The translations under genes and the position numbers were made by a program. A DNA stretch of 32,000 bases from Erysipelotrichaceae bacterium MTC7 (GTDB lineage: Bacteria; Bacillota_I; Bacilli_A; Erysipelotrichales; Erysipelotrichaceae): NCBI GenBank assembly GCA_001695645.1, contig LVZN01000056.1, positions 30,001 to 62,000 on the forward strand. Direction: 5' to 3'. Positions 8,992 to 17,065 of this stretch are shown here, one piece after another. The notes below the pieces were generated by a model. That model was given only the letters and a program-made list of their open reading frames with translations. It ran no database searches and was not told the origin of the DNA. Each line of letters begins with the position of its first letter. Within the stretch, counting starts at the first letter, position 1.

Positions 8992-9351
8992 CTACTGCAT
9001 AACCTTGACACCTTGAACGTATACGTTAACAGTATCAAAATCTACATCAAGGGATTTTTCCATCATATATTTAACTTTCTTTTGAACTTCAACAACTACC
9101 TCAGAGATTTTAACACCATGACTTACCACAATGTATAAATCCAATTCTAAGTGTCCATCTTTTTCGTTAACGACAACACCTTTTCCGTAGTTTTCTTTAC
9201 GTAGTAGTTCTGCTAAACCATCTTTTAATAACTTTTGTGAGGCCATCCCTACAACACCATAGCATTCTGTGGTAATTCCACCAGCTAAAGTTGTGATAGC
9301 TTCTTTGGAAATGTTAATATCTCCAAACTGCGTATTCTTTGTAATTGACAT
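8992..9351 (-). CDS. Asp23/Gls24 family envelope stress protein (YloU-like)
   Basis: GDINISKEAITTLAGGITTECYGVVGMAS...VVSHGVKISEVVVEVQKKVKYMMEKSL is typical of Asp23/DUF322. The start is ambiguous among GTG 9360, ATG 9357 and ATG 9351. I chose ATG 9351 because AGGAGTG lies 8 nt upstream. Confidence 0.85.
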   Translation of the reverse strand: MSITKNTQFGDINISKEAITTLAGGITTECYGVVGMASQKLLKDGLAELLRKENYGKGVVVNEKDGHLELDLYIVVSHGVKISEVVVEVQKKVKYMMEKSLDVDFDTVNVYVQGVKVMQ

Positions 9352-9390
9352 AATCATCACTCCTTATCATTTTTTGGAACTTCATCTATT

Positions 9391-10191
9391 CTAATCACAA
9401 TTGCTTGTAAAAACAGAGTTGCTTGACTCCTGTATATTGATACAACGAAGTTTATCATTTAACCCTTCAAGCACTTTGCGATAGTTTTTTAATAATGCCA
9501 AACCTTCATAAGACGTTCGAACAATATGACCATCACTCATAACAAGTTCTAACATATCATCGTCATACGATGTTTTATAATAGCGTATTTCCGATATTAA
9601 TGCAAGATTTTCATCATCTACTTCACGCAGCATGCTACCCAAAGCAGCACGTTGTTTTTTGTTCAAATCTTTTATGTATGGCGAACTTACTAAAGCAAGT
9701 TGGTTCTCTTTCATCTGTACGCTTTTTCCATTGGCCAATAAGACATAACTTTTTCCGTCTTCATCATAGTGTCCAATGATCTTCTCTTCTTCCACGTCAA
9801 TGTAAATAGCACCAGTAACATAATTCTTACTTACACTTACATCTTCAATGAATTCATCTTCTTTCAACTTATGTTCAATCATCATGCCTGGATGAAAGAT
9901 CATTTTCCCATCATAAGACAAACCGGCTTTTTTAAGCAGTTCTTGTTGGGTGTAAATAACATTGTTGTTTACTTTCATCACTCGTATGTTCGATAAATCA
10001 CTAACCATGTATCCAACAACCAAAGCAATGAGTAAGAAAATGAAAAAATGTTTGATTCTTTTTCTTCTAAGTTTTCGTTTCTTTCGATTTTTTAGTACGT
10101 TGTCGCGACGTATTTCCTGTTCATCTTTTGTTAAGACACGGTCAAGATCTAATGTGTCATCTAAATCTTCTAAGTGTTTTTTTCTGGCCAA
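9391..10191 (-). CDS. divIB: cell division protein DivIB/FtsQ (POTRA domain)
   Basis: It has a basic cytoplasmic N-terminus, a single TM helix (FFIFLLIALVVGYMV) and a POTRA-like segment (IRVMKVNNNVIYTQQELLKKAGL). It sits after murG-murB in a dcw-like arrangement and overlaps the murB end by 22 nt. Confidence 0.8.
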   Translation of the reverse strand: MARKKHLEDLDDTLDLDRVLTKDEQEIRRDNVLKNRKKRKLRRKRIKHFFIFLLIALVVGYMVSDLSNIRVMKVNNNVIYTQQELLKKAGLSYDGKMIFHPGMMIEHKLKEDEFIEDVSVSKNYVTGAIYIDVEEEKIIGHYDEDGKSYVLLANGKSVQMKENQLALVSSPYIKDLNKKQRAALGSMLREVDDENLALISEIRYYKTSYDDDMLELVMSDGHIVRTSYEGLALLKNYRKVLEGLNDKLRCINIQESSNSVFTSNCD

Positions 10192-11081
10192 TTGAATTTC
10201 TCAACTTCCGTATGTAGATGAACGTTAAACTTTTCGCGAACTTCACTTTGAATATGTTCAATCAAGGCTGCCACATCTTGTGCTGTTGCACGTTCATCAT
10301 TAACGATGAAATTGCAATGTTTTTCGCTGACTTTGGCACCACCGATTTGTTTTTCTCGCAAGCCACAAGCTTCAATCAATTCCCAAGCTTGATGGTTTTC
10401 TGGATTACGGAAGATACTTCCCGCACTTGGTTTCTCAAGTGGTTGACTTTCTTTACGTCGATTTCTTCTAGCATCCATTAAATCGCGTATTTCTTTTTGA
10501 TCACTTGGTGTAAGTTGTAACTGGGCAGCAATCACAACCCATGATGGATGTTCTTGAAAAATACTATGACGATACGTGTATCCAATTTCGCTTACGTCCA
10601 ACCATTCAATTTTATGATCCCGCAAGACACGTACACGTTTCACAATCTGTGACATGTCACTTTTATACGCTCCCGCATTCATCACAATTGTACCACCAAC
10701 GGTAGCTGGAATGCCACTTGCAAACTCTAAGCCTGAAAGACTTGCTTTCATCGCTTCGTTTGCTAGTAAGATAATCGAGCATCCTGCTGATACAAAACAT
10801 TTTCCGTCACTTTCAAATTCAAAATCAATAAAGTAGCGATCCAAACAGAAAATCACACCGTCATAATCGTTATCATGACAGAGTAGATTACTTCCCTTTC
10901 CAATCACTTTATAAGGCATGCCTACTTCATTGCAGGCTTCTATCATTCTTGTTAATGACAATTCATTTTTGGGATATACAAAGTATTTCGCCTTTCCACC
11001 AATCCGAAAGGTTGTATGGTTGCATAAAGGTTCATCAATACACATATCGCCATGTTTATCTAACACTTCTTCAATATTCAT
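10170..11081 (-). CDS. murB: UDP-N-acetylenolpyruvoylglucosamine reductase
   Basis: TTFRIGGKAKYFVYP, IGKGSNLL, GIPATVGGTIVMNAGAYK and SAGSIFRNP are MurB FAD-binding and catalytic motifs. RBS AGGAGAG precedes the start. Confidence 0.95.
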   Translation of the reverse strand: MNIEEVLDKHGDMCIDEPLCNHTTFRIGGKAKYFVYPKNELSLTRMIEACNEVGMPYKVIGKGSNLLCHDNDYDGVIFCLDRYFIDFEFESDGKCFVSAGCSIILLANEAMKASLSGLEFASGIPATVGGTIVMNAGAYKSDMSQIVKRVRVLRDHKIEWLDVSEIGYTYRHSIFQEHPSWVVIAAQLQLTPSDQKEIRDLMDARRNRRKESQPLEKPSAGSIFRNPENHQAWELIEACGLREKQIGGAKVSEKHCNFIVNDERATAQDVAALIEHIQSEVREKFNVHLHTEVEKFNWPEKNT

Positions 11082-11089
11082 TGGCTCTC

Positions 11090-12148
11090 CTAGATTTGTT
11101 CAATTACTTCGACAATGTTTGCACAGGCATCCTGAAACCCGTGAGCAATTGCCGCCTTTTTCATTTCATCAACAAGCACCGGCTCATTGATATACGCATC
11201 AATATCTCTTCTTAGCTCTTTTTCATCTAAGTTTTTTTCTTCTATCATAAAAGCGTAACCATCATCTACCATTGCTTTTGCATTGTAGTATTGATGATTG
11301 TTTGCAACATATGGACTTGGTATTAAAATACTTAACGTTCCGCTAGCAGCTAGTTCTGCTGCTGTTGTTGCTCCTGCTCGACAAATGACAAAATCGAATG
11401 CATCGATAATCGCCAATTGGTCAACATAATCCACCACTTTTACATTGTTAGCTTCCAGTGCCTTAGCACTTTCTACATTGTTTTTTCCAGCAACATACAA
11501 AAAGTTTACCTCTTGTATCTTTGGTAACATATCTTTTAAACGATCGGCTACACTACTACTTCCTAGTGAACCCATAACAATCAATCCCAATGGTTTACTT
11601 GTATCCATCCCAAGTGCAGCAAACGCCTGCTGATCAAAGGCATGTTTACTTGCAAGTGTTGCTCTTGGATTTCCAAGCAATAACACTTTGTTTTTAGGAA
11701 AATCTTTGCGTGCATTCTCATAACAAATAATTACGCAATCTGCATATGCACTTGCCATTTTATTTGCTTTTCCAGCAATCGAATTTTGTTCGTGCAAAAT
11801 GACTTTCTTATGAAGTTTTTTTGCTGCAATGCAAACTGGCAAACTTACATATCCACCAAAAGCCACAATCACATCTGGATTTTCTTTTTTAAGTAGTTGT
11901 TTAGCTTTGGAGATGGCACGTACACTTTGAAGTACTGCCTTAATTTTACTGAAAACACTTCCTGCAAGTCCACTGGTCTTTAAACCATAAAAAGCATACC
12001 CTTGATTTGGTATGAGCGTTGCTTCCATACGGTCTTCATTTCCAACAAATGTTACTTCGTAACCTTTGTGTTCTTTTATATAATCCGCAAGTGCGAGCGC
12101 TGGATAAATGTGTCCACCCGTTCCACCTGTCACCATGAGTATTTTCAA
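11090..12148 (-). CDS. murG: undecaprenyldiphospho-muramoylpentapeptide beta-N-acetylglucosaminyltransferase
   Basis: KILMVTGGTGGHIYPALALA is the G-loop, and ICRAGATTAAELAASG with HQYYNA form the MurG C-terminal domain. A TTG start at 12148 is supported by AGGAGTG 6 nt upstream. Confidence 0.95.
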   Translation of the reverse strand: MKILMVTGGTGGHIYPALALADYIKEHKGYEVTFVGNEDRMEATLIPNQGYAFYGLKTSGLAGSVFSKIKAVLQSVRAISKAKQLLKKENPDVIVAFGGYVSLPVCIAAKKLHKKVILHEQNSIAGKANKMASAYADCVIICYENARKDFPKNKVLLLGNPRATLASKHAFDQQAFAALGMDTSKPLGLIVMGSLGSSSVADRLKDMLPKIQEVNFLYVAGKNNVESAKALEANNVKVVDYVDQLAIIDAFDFVICRAGATTAAELAASGTLSILIPSPYVANNHQYYNAKAMVDDGYAFMIEEKNLDEKELRRDIDAYINEPVLVDEMKKAAIAHGFQDACANIVEVIEQI

Positions 12149-12208
12149 TATATCACTCCTGGAAAATATTATATCATAAAATACCCATATAAATGCATAA
12201 TAGACAAG

Positions 12209-12237
12209 AAAAAACCAGAAGCTTTCACTCCTGGTTT
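12209..12237 (-). terminator. rho-independent terminator after the sortase gene
   Basis: The minus strand reads AAACCAGGAG-tgaaag-CTTCTGGTTT followed by a U-run. It lies immediately after the stop at 12244. Confidence 0.55.
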
Positions 12238-12243
12238 CTCAAC

Positions 12244-13083
12244 TTAGATTTCGTTTGTCATCGGTAAATCACCTTTTAGTGCTTTGATGATTTTTCCATG
12301 GACAAAGTAACGGTCTTCAATATCTGTGGTATTGGTGTTCGATGGGTTTTGTCCTGACTCATATGAACAAGTATACAAGGTAATCATATGGTCCGTTGGA
12401 TTCATTTGAACACCCGTATTGATCCGACTTAAGGATTGTACATACGTCAAGTATTCTTGATAGGCATCATCATTTGCATAATCTAAACGATAACTGTCTG
12501 AATCACCTTTATCAACATAAGCACTAAACACTTCTAGCTTGTAGTTTGCCGTTGGTGTGTAGTAATAGAAGTAATGGTGTTTATCAAAGTAATCTTGTTT
12601 CATGTAATTTGCAAGTTCTGCAAACATGGTTCCATGATGTACGTTATGTCCATAAATCCACGTATTCTTTGCAGAAAGCTGTGGATCTTGACGATAATCC
12701 ATGAAGATTGCTCCTGCATAGTTATTTGTTTTGTATGCGGTATGTGTTAAGTAATACTCATTATCAGTTCCCTTAACAACCGGATAAGAAATATCCGTAT
12801 CAAGGACGACAATCCAACCGACAATATCAGGATTTACCTTTTGTAAAGCTTCAAAATCAGGTTCAAACGTATCAAGTTTTTCCTCTTCTTTTGGCACGTT
12901 AATGATTTCCTGCAATTCTGTTGTTTCTTTACTTTCTTCCCAGTTTTGTGACCAAATTTTATACAAGTTGAATCCTGCATAAATAAATACACAGATTGCT
13001 ACTATTAAAAGAAGGGTTTCAACAGCTCTACGAACCGGACCTACTTTCTTTTTTTCTTTTTTCACTCTATCTTTTCTTGCCAT
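12244..13083 (-). CDS. srtB: class B sortase
   Basis: An N-terminal TM anchor (LLLIVAICVFIYAGF) is followed by NPDIVGWIVVLDTDISYPVVKGTDNEYYLTH, IFMDYR, WIYGHNVHHGTMFAEL and TLYTCSY...DRYFVHG. These supply the class B signature and the His/Cys/Arg catalytic triad context. I prefer ATG 13083 (RBS GAGGGA) over the longer ORF-track start at 13119. Confidence 0.85.
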   Translation of the reverse strand: MARKDRVKKEKKKVGPVRRAVETLLLIVAICVFIYAGFNLYKIWSQNWEESKETTELQEIINVPKEEEKLDTFEPDFEALQKVNPDIVGWIVVLDTDISYPVVKGTDNEYYLTHTAYKTNNYAGAIFMDYRQDPQLSAKNTWIYGHNVHHGTMFAELANYMKQDYFDKHHYFYYYTPTANYKLEVFSAYVDKGDSDSYRLDYANDDAYQEYLTYVQSLSRINTGVQMNPTDHMITLYTCSYESGQNPSNTNTTDIEDRYFVHGKIIKALKGDLPMTNEI

Positions 13084-13248
13084 GTTTCCCTCACTTTTTC
13101 TACACTCTATTATAAGCAAAAATCAAATGTTGTACATGATTTTGCCATAACCCTCAAAAATCTAACAATTGCAGGCATGCTGCGCTAGAATTTCTATCAT
13201 GATTATACCAAATACTCTTTAAAATTTCATCTGTCAAATCAGGCACGC

Positions 13249-13280
13249 AAAAAAAACCGTGGTGTTTATCGTCCACGGTT
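13249..13280 (-). terminator. rho-independent terminator after pyrG
   Basis: The minus strand reads AACCGTGG-acgataaaca-CCACGGTT followed by TTTTTT. It starts 6 nt after the pyrG stop. Confidence 0.7.
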
Positions 13281-13285
13281 CAAGT

Positions 13286-14893
13286 TTACACTAAGTGTTT
13301 GTTGTTAACTGCAACTTTAATGAATTCCCTAAATAATGGATGTGCTTTGTTTGGACGCGATTTGAATTCTGGGTGATACTGTACCCCCACATGGAATTTA
13401 TTGGATTCAAATTCAACCGCTTCCACAAGTTTGTTATCAGGACTTGTTCCTGTAATGCACATACCATGTGTATTGAAACTCTCACGGTAATCATTGTTAA
13501 ATTCATAACGGTGACGGTGACGTTCACTAATGTCTGCGCTTTGGTATGCTTTTTCTAACATACTTCCTGCTTTGATGTGACAAGGGTATGCACCTAAACG
13601 CATCGTTCCCCCTTTGTTATCAACGTCGACTTGGCTCTCCATCAAATCAATGACATTGTGAGCTCCAGCAGGTGTAAATTCACTAGAGTTTGCATCTGCA
13701 TGTCCAAGTCCATAGCGAGCAAATTCGATGGAAGCGATTTGCATTCCCAAACAGATTCCAAAGTATGGAATATCATTTACTCTGGCATAGTGACAAGCTG
13801 CGATCATTCCTTCAATTCCACGACCGCCAAAACCGCCTGGTAAGATGATTCCGTCCATGCCTTCAAAGTATTTTGAACAGTTTTCATCAGTCAAGGCTTC
13901 ACTGTCGACCCATGTAATTTTTACATCAGCATCGTTTTCGTACCCACCGTGTTTTAACGCTTCAACCACTGACAAGTACGCATCGTGTAATTTTACATAC
14001 TTTCCTACCAGCGCAATGTGAACTTCCTTATTGACGTTTTTAATGCGTTTTACAAGGTTTTTCCACTCACTAACGTCTGGTTTTTTCGTTTTCAAGTGCA
14101 ATTCGCGACATACGATATCAGAAAAGTTTGCCTCTTCTAGCATCAATGGTGCTTCATATAAAACTGGCAACGTTTTGTTTTGAATCACACAGTCTTGTTT
14201 CACATTACAAAACAATGATATTTTTTGTAGGATGTTTGAATCCAAATCTTCATCTGCTCGACAAACAATAATATCTGGAGAAATTCCTAAACTTTGCAGT
14301 TGTTTTACACTGTGTTGGGTTGGTTTACTTTTATGTTCCCCACTACTTTTGATATAAGGAACCAATGTGACGTGAATGAATAGCACATTTTCACGCCCTA
14401 CTTCTAAGCCCACTTGACGAATGGCTTCTAAGAATGGTTGCGATTCAATGTCCCCTGTCGTTCCACCAATTTCAGAAATGACAATATCAGCAGCATCTTC
14501 ATCACCAACAGCATAAATAAAGTCTTTAATCTCTTGTGTGATGTGCGGAATTACTTGGACTGTGTCCCCAAGGTATTCTCCTTTACGCTCTTTATTTAAG
14601 ACGTTCCAGTACACTTTTCCACTGGTTAAGTTAGAAAAGCGGTTCAAGTCTTCGTCAATGAAACGTTCATAGTGCCCTAAGTCTAAGTCGGTTTCTGCTC
14701 CATCATCTGTTACGAAGACTTCTCCATGTTGGTAGGGTGACATCGTTCCACAATCCACATTAATGTATGGATCCATTTTTTGTGCGATAACTTTTAATCC
14801 ACGCTCTTTTAGCATGCGCCCTAAACTTGCTGCGGTAATCCCTTTACCTAATCCACTTACAACTCCACCTGTAACAAATATATACTTTCTCAT
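13286..14893 (-). CDS. pyrG: CTP synthase (glutamine-hydrolysing)
   Basis: [25 protein letters not shown] is the canonical PyrG N-terminus. GICLGMQ contains the GATase Cys, and HRHRYE is also present. The protein is full length at 535 aa. Confidence 0.97.
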   Translation of the reverse strand: MRKYIFVTGGVVSGLGKGITAASLGRMLKERGLKVIAQKMDPYINVDCGTMSPYQHGEVFVTDDGAETDLDLGHYERFIDEDLNRFSNLTSGKVYWNVLNKERKGEYLGDTVQVIPHITQEIKDFIYAVGDEDAADIVISEIGGTTGDIESQPFLEAIRQVGLEVGRENVLFIHVTLVPYIKSSGEHKSKPTQHSVKQLQSLGISPDIIVCRADEDLDSNILQKISLFCNVKQDCVIQNKTLPVLYEAPLMLEEANFSDIVCRELHLKTKKPDVSEWKNLVKRIKNVNKEVHIALVGKYVKLHDAYLSVVEALKHGGYENDADVKITWVDSEALTDENCSKYFEGMDGIILPGGFGGRGIEGMIAACHYARVNDIPYFGICLGMQIASIEFARYGLGHADANSSEFTPAGAHNVIDLMESQVDVDNKGGTMRLGAYPCHIKAGSMLEKAYQSADISERHRHRYEFNNDYRESFNTHGMCITGTSPDNKLVEAVEFESNKFHVGVQYHPEFKSRPNKAHPLFREFIKVAVNNKHLV

Positions 14894-14904
14894 CTTAACT
14901 CCTT

Positions 14905-15480
14905 CTAACCATACGTTTTTAATATATCTTTCGCAACTTCTTCTTTGGAGATTCTTGCATCCATCGCTTTTTTCTCAATGTAGTGATGTGCTTGCGCCTC
15001 TCCCATATTCAAATATTCCATTAGTGTGTATTTTGCACGACTAATCAATTCCAAATTCTCTACTTTTTCATGCAAACGCAGGTTTTCTTTTTCTGCGTGT
15101 GATAAGCGTTGATGTGTCGATAAACCCATACGCACCGCTTGGGTAAACATACTACGATTGAGCGGTTTTCCAATCACCATCACCCCGTGACGACTTAGTT
15201 TTTGACTGAGCTCATCTACAAGCTCGTTTTTCACCAAGAAAAGAACACCACTGGTTGTTTCTTCTGTGATACGTAACGTTAACTCATGACCAAACTCATC
15301 TGACAATGGAGCGTTGATCAACACCATATCAAATGCTTGCTTTGCAAGTACATCTTTTGCTTCTTTTGCACTTTTGACACTTTCAATTATCTTAATATCA
15401 ATGTTTGATAAAAGCTTACTTAAAGCATCTAGACTTTTATCTAAACTTGAAACGATTAAACAACTCCCCATACAATCCAC
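14905..15480 (-). CDS. ANTAR-domain RNA-binding antiterminator with a pseudo-receiver N-terminal domain
   Basis: The C-terminus [43 protein letters not shown] matches the ANTAR helix pattern after a coiled-coil linker. The N-terminus has a receiver-like fold, but the acidic pocket is replaced ([10 protein letters not shown]) and the phospho-acceptor position reads MVLINAPL (Asn, not Asp). The start is GTG 15480 or ATG 15471. Confidence 0.85.
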   Translation of the reverse strand: MDCMGSCLIVSSLDKSLDALSKLLSNIDIKIIESVKSAKEAKDVLAKQAFDMVLINAPLSDEFGHELTLRITEETTSGVLFLVKNELVDELSQKLSRHGVMVIGKPLNRSMFTQAVRMGLSTHQRLSHAEKENLRLHEKVENLELISRAKYTLMEYLNMGEAQAHHYIEKKAMDARISKEEVAKDILKTYG

Positions 15481-15488
15481 CTTTCTTC

Positions 15489-16757
15489 CTATACCAGTCT
15501 AAAGTATGGATCCAACTCGAAAGAAGCATCTTGATCTTGTAAATCCACTTCTTCTTTCTTTACGCGAATGAATGTCTCTAGTGTTTTTTCGTTAATATAT
15601 GTCCGGACAAATTGGGACTTTTCCAAATTTTCTAATGCTTCTGCTAAACTCGCAGGTAACATGTCTGGACTTGTTTTATTATCATGTAACTGCTCTTGAT
15701 GTTTCATTCCCTCTACACCAGCAAACAACAACAAAGCAAACGTGATATACGGATTGCATGCGGCATCACTGGAACGCAAGGTAATAAACGAATATTCATC
15801 ATGTTTTTCATCAACACGAATCAATTCACTTTCATTTTCTTTTGACCAGGTAATGTATTTTGGTGCTTTTTCTCGCCCCAAACGCTCATAGGAATTATGA
15901 ATTGGATTCAAGATGGCACTCATCTCGTTGATACGGTTGAGAATACCCGCAATAAAACTGCGTTGTTCCTGTAAATTTACCGCATATTCATCATCAAATA
16001 TATTTCGGTCATTCTTACGCAAGATGACTTTGATTCGCAAGCCACTTCCAGCTTCATTTGCTAAGGGACGCGGTAAAAAACTTGCGTATAAATCGTTAAC
16101 CAGAGCGATACTTTTTACCGCGTTTTTAAACGTGACAAAATTATCAGCACTGGGTAAAGCGTAGTCTTTTTGAAACATAATCACGTTTTGACCAGGCCCT
16201 TTTTCATGATAGGACATCGTCGTCTTTATCCCCATTTCACCTAGTGCCAAACACACATCACGACGGAGGTTTTCACACTTATCAAGTGGCGTCACATCCA
16301 AGTAAGATGCCGTATCGACAGGGATATTGGTTGGTTCTCCACTTTCATCATTTTGAAAGACATAAAATTCACTCTCAATTCCGATGTTTGGCGTATACCC
16401 AAAGGCCTCACATGCTTCCATTGCTTGTTTTAATAAATAGCGACCATCCCCTTCAAAGGGGCGCAAATCCACATGCTTAATATCACAAAAAAAACGAACA
16501 ACTTTCTCATGATTGCTGCGCCATGGCAGTATGGTCATGGTTTCCAAATCTGGAAACAAGAGTAAATCCGTTTTTTTGAAGTTCATAAAACCGTTAACTA
16601 TAGAAGCGTCCAAGTTAACTCCGTATGTGGTTGCCGACTCAAAGTCCTCAGCGTTGATGGAAAGATTTTTTAAGGTTCCAAAAATATCGCAAAAAGCGAG
16701 TCGCACAAATTTTACATGATGGGTTTGGATGTATTGCAAAATTTCTTGTAGCTTCAT
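15489..16757 (-). CDS. type I glutamine synthetase-like protein (422 aa) with substitutions in several catalytic motifs
   Basis: The N-terminus is a beta-grasp (VKFVRLAFCDIFGTLKNLSI) and the C-terminus is a GS catalytic-domain fold (GIESEFYVF, YHEKGPGQNVI, AGSGLR, NSYERL, NESELIRVD, ACNPYI). RBS AAGGAGAG precedes the start. See the findings for the motif substitutions. Confidence 0.85.
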   Translation of the reverse strand: MKLQEILQYIQTHHVKFVRLAFCDIFGTLKNLSINAEDFESATTYGVNLDASIVNGFMNFKKTDLLLFPDLETMTILPWRSNHEKVVRFFCDIKHVDLRPFEGDGRYLLKQAMEACEAFGYTPNIGIESEFYVFQNDESGEPTNIPVDTASYLDVTPLDKCENLRRDVCLALGEMGIKTTMSYHEKGPGQNVIMFQKDYALPSADNFVTFKNAVKSIALVNDLYASFLPRPLANEAGSGLRIKVILRKNDRNIFDDEYAVNLQEQRSFIAGILNRINEMSAILNPIHNSYERLGREKAPKYITWSKENESELIRVDEKHDEYSFITLRSSDAACNPYITFALLLFAGVEGMKHQEQLHDNKTSPDMLPASLAEALENLEKSQFVRTYINEKTLETFIRVKKEEVDLQDQDASFELDPYFRLV

Positions 16758-16790
16758 AAGTCACTCTCCTTCTACAAAATCTATTTTATG

Positions 16791-16819
16791 ATTATAGTTT
16801 ACAACTATCCTCGTGTCAA
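16791..16819 (-). promoter_or_regulatory. consensus sigma-A promoter for the GS-like/ANTAR(/pyrG) transcription unit
   Basis: The minus strand reads TTGACA (16819..16814), a 17-nt spacer, then TATAAT (16796..16791). The ATG at 16757 is about 27 nt downstream of the predicted TSS. Confidence 0.6.
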
Positions 16820-16963
16820 TGAGAAGTTTATACTCATACTATTTCTATTCTTACCACATTTTTTTCAAAAGTCAAAATCTAATACAACAAAAATTGAAAC
16901 ACCGTAGAGATTCAACTCACTCGCTATGTATTGCACATATTATAACGTTTTTTCATTTCATTC

Positions 16964-16992
16964 TTGACATATCACTGCGAATTGATTAAACT
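16964..16992 (+). promoter_or_regulatory. sigma-A promoter candidate for glnN
   Basis: TTGACA (16964..16969), a 17-nt spacer, then TAAACT (16987..16992). The predicted TSS is near 16999/17000. Confidence 0.5.
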
Positions 16993-16999
16993 CTATGTA

Positions 17000-17049
17000 A
17001 CAGCAAGGGTGCTGTAGATATATTTTTGTCTACGGCGCTCTTTTTGTTT
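17000..17049 (+). promoter_or_regulatory. glnN leader: intrinsic terminator with a competing upstream hexaloop hairpin (candidate ANTAR-responsive attenuator)
   Basis: Terminator: 17006..17020 (AGGGUGCUGUAGAUA) pairs with 17027..17041 (UGUCUACGGCGCUCU). This gives 15 bp including 4 G-U pairs, with loop UAUUUU, followed by UUUUGUUU. It ends 10 nt before the SD AGGAGGAG. Alternative hairpin: ACAGC-AAGGGU-GCUGU at 17000..17015 sequesters 10 nt of the terminator's left arm. Confidence 0.55.
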
Positions 17050-17065
17050 ATTCAGGAGGAGAAGT

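Noticed and set aside
16787-16803. TnrA/GlnR-like box TGTAAACTATAATCATA overlapping the -10 of the GS-like gene promoter
   Set aside because: It has one mismatch to TGTNA-N7-TNACA in the right half-site. It lies in AT-rich promoter sequence where such near-matches are common. No MerR-type GlnR/TnrA gene is visible in the window. I kept it only as a note.
16970-16999. Search for a second consensus AxxGxx hexaloop hairpin upstream of 17000, to complete a canonical ANTAR dual-hairpin
   Set aside because: I found only a weak 3-4-bp stem (ATCA...TGAT) with an 8-nt loop, and it would lie inside the predicted promoter. The ANTAR-target call is therefore left as a hypothesis with one consensus hairpin.
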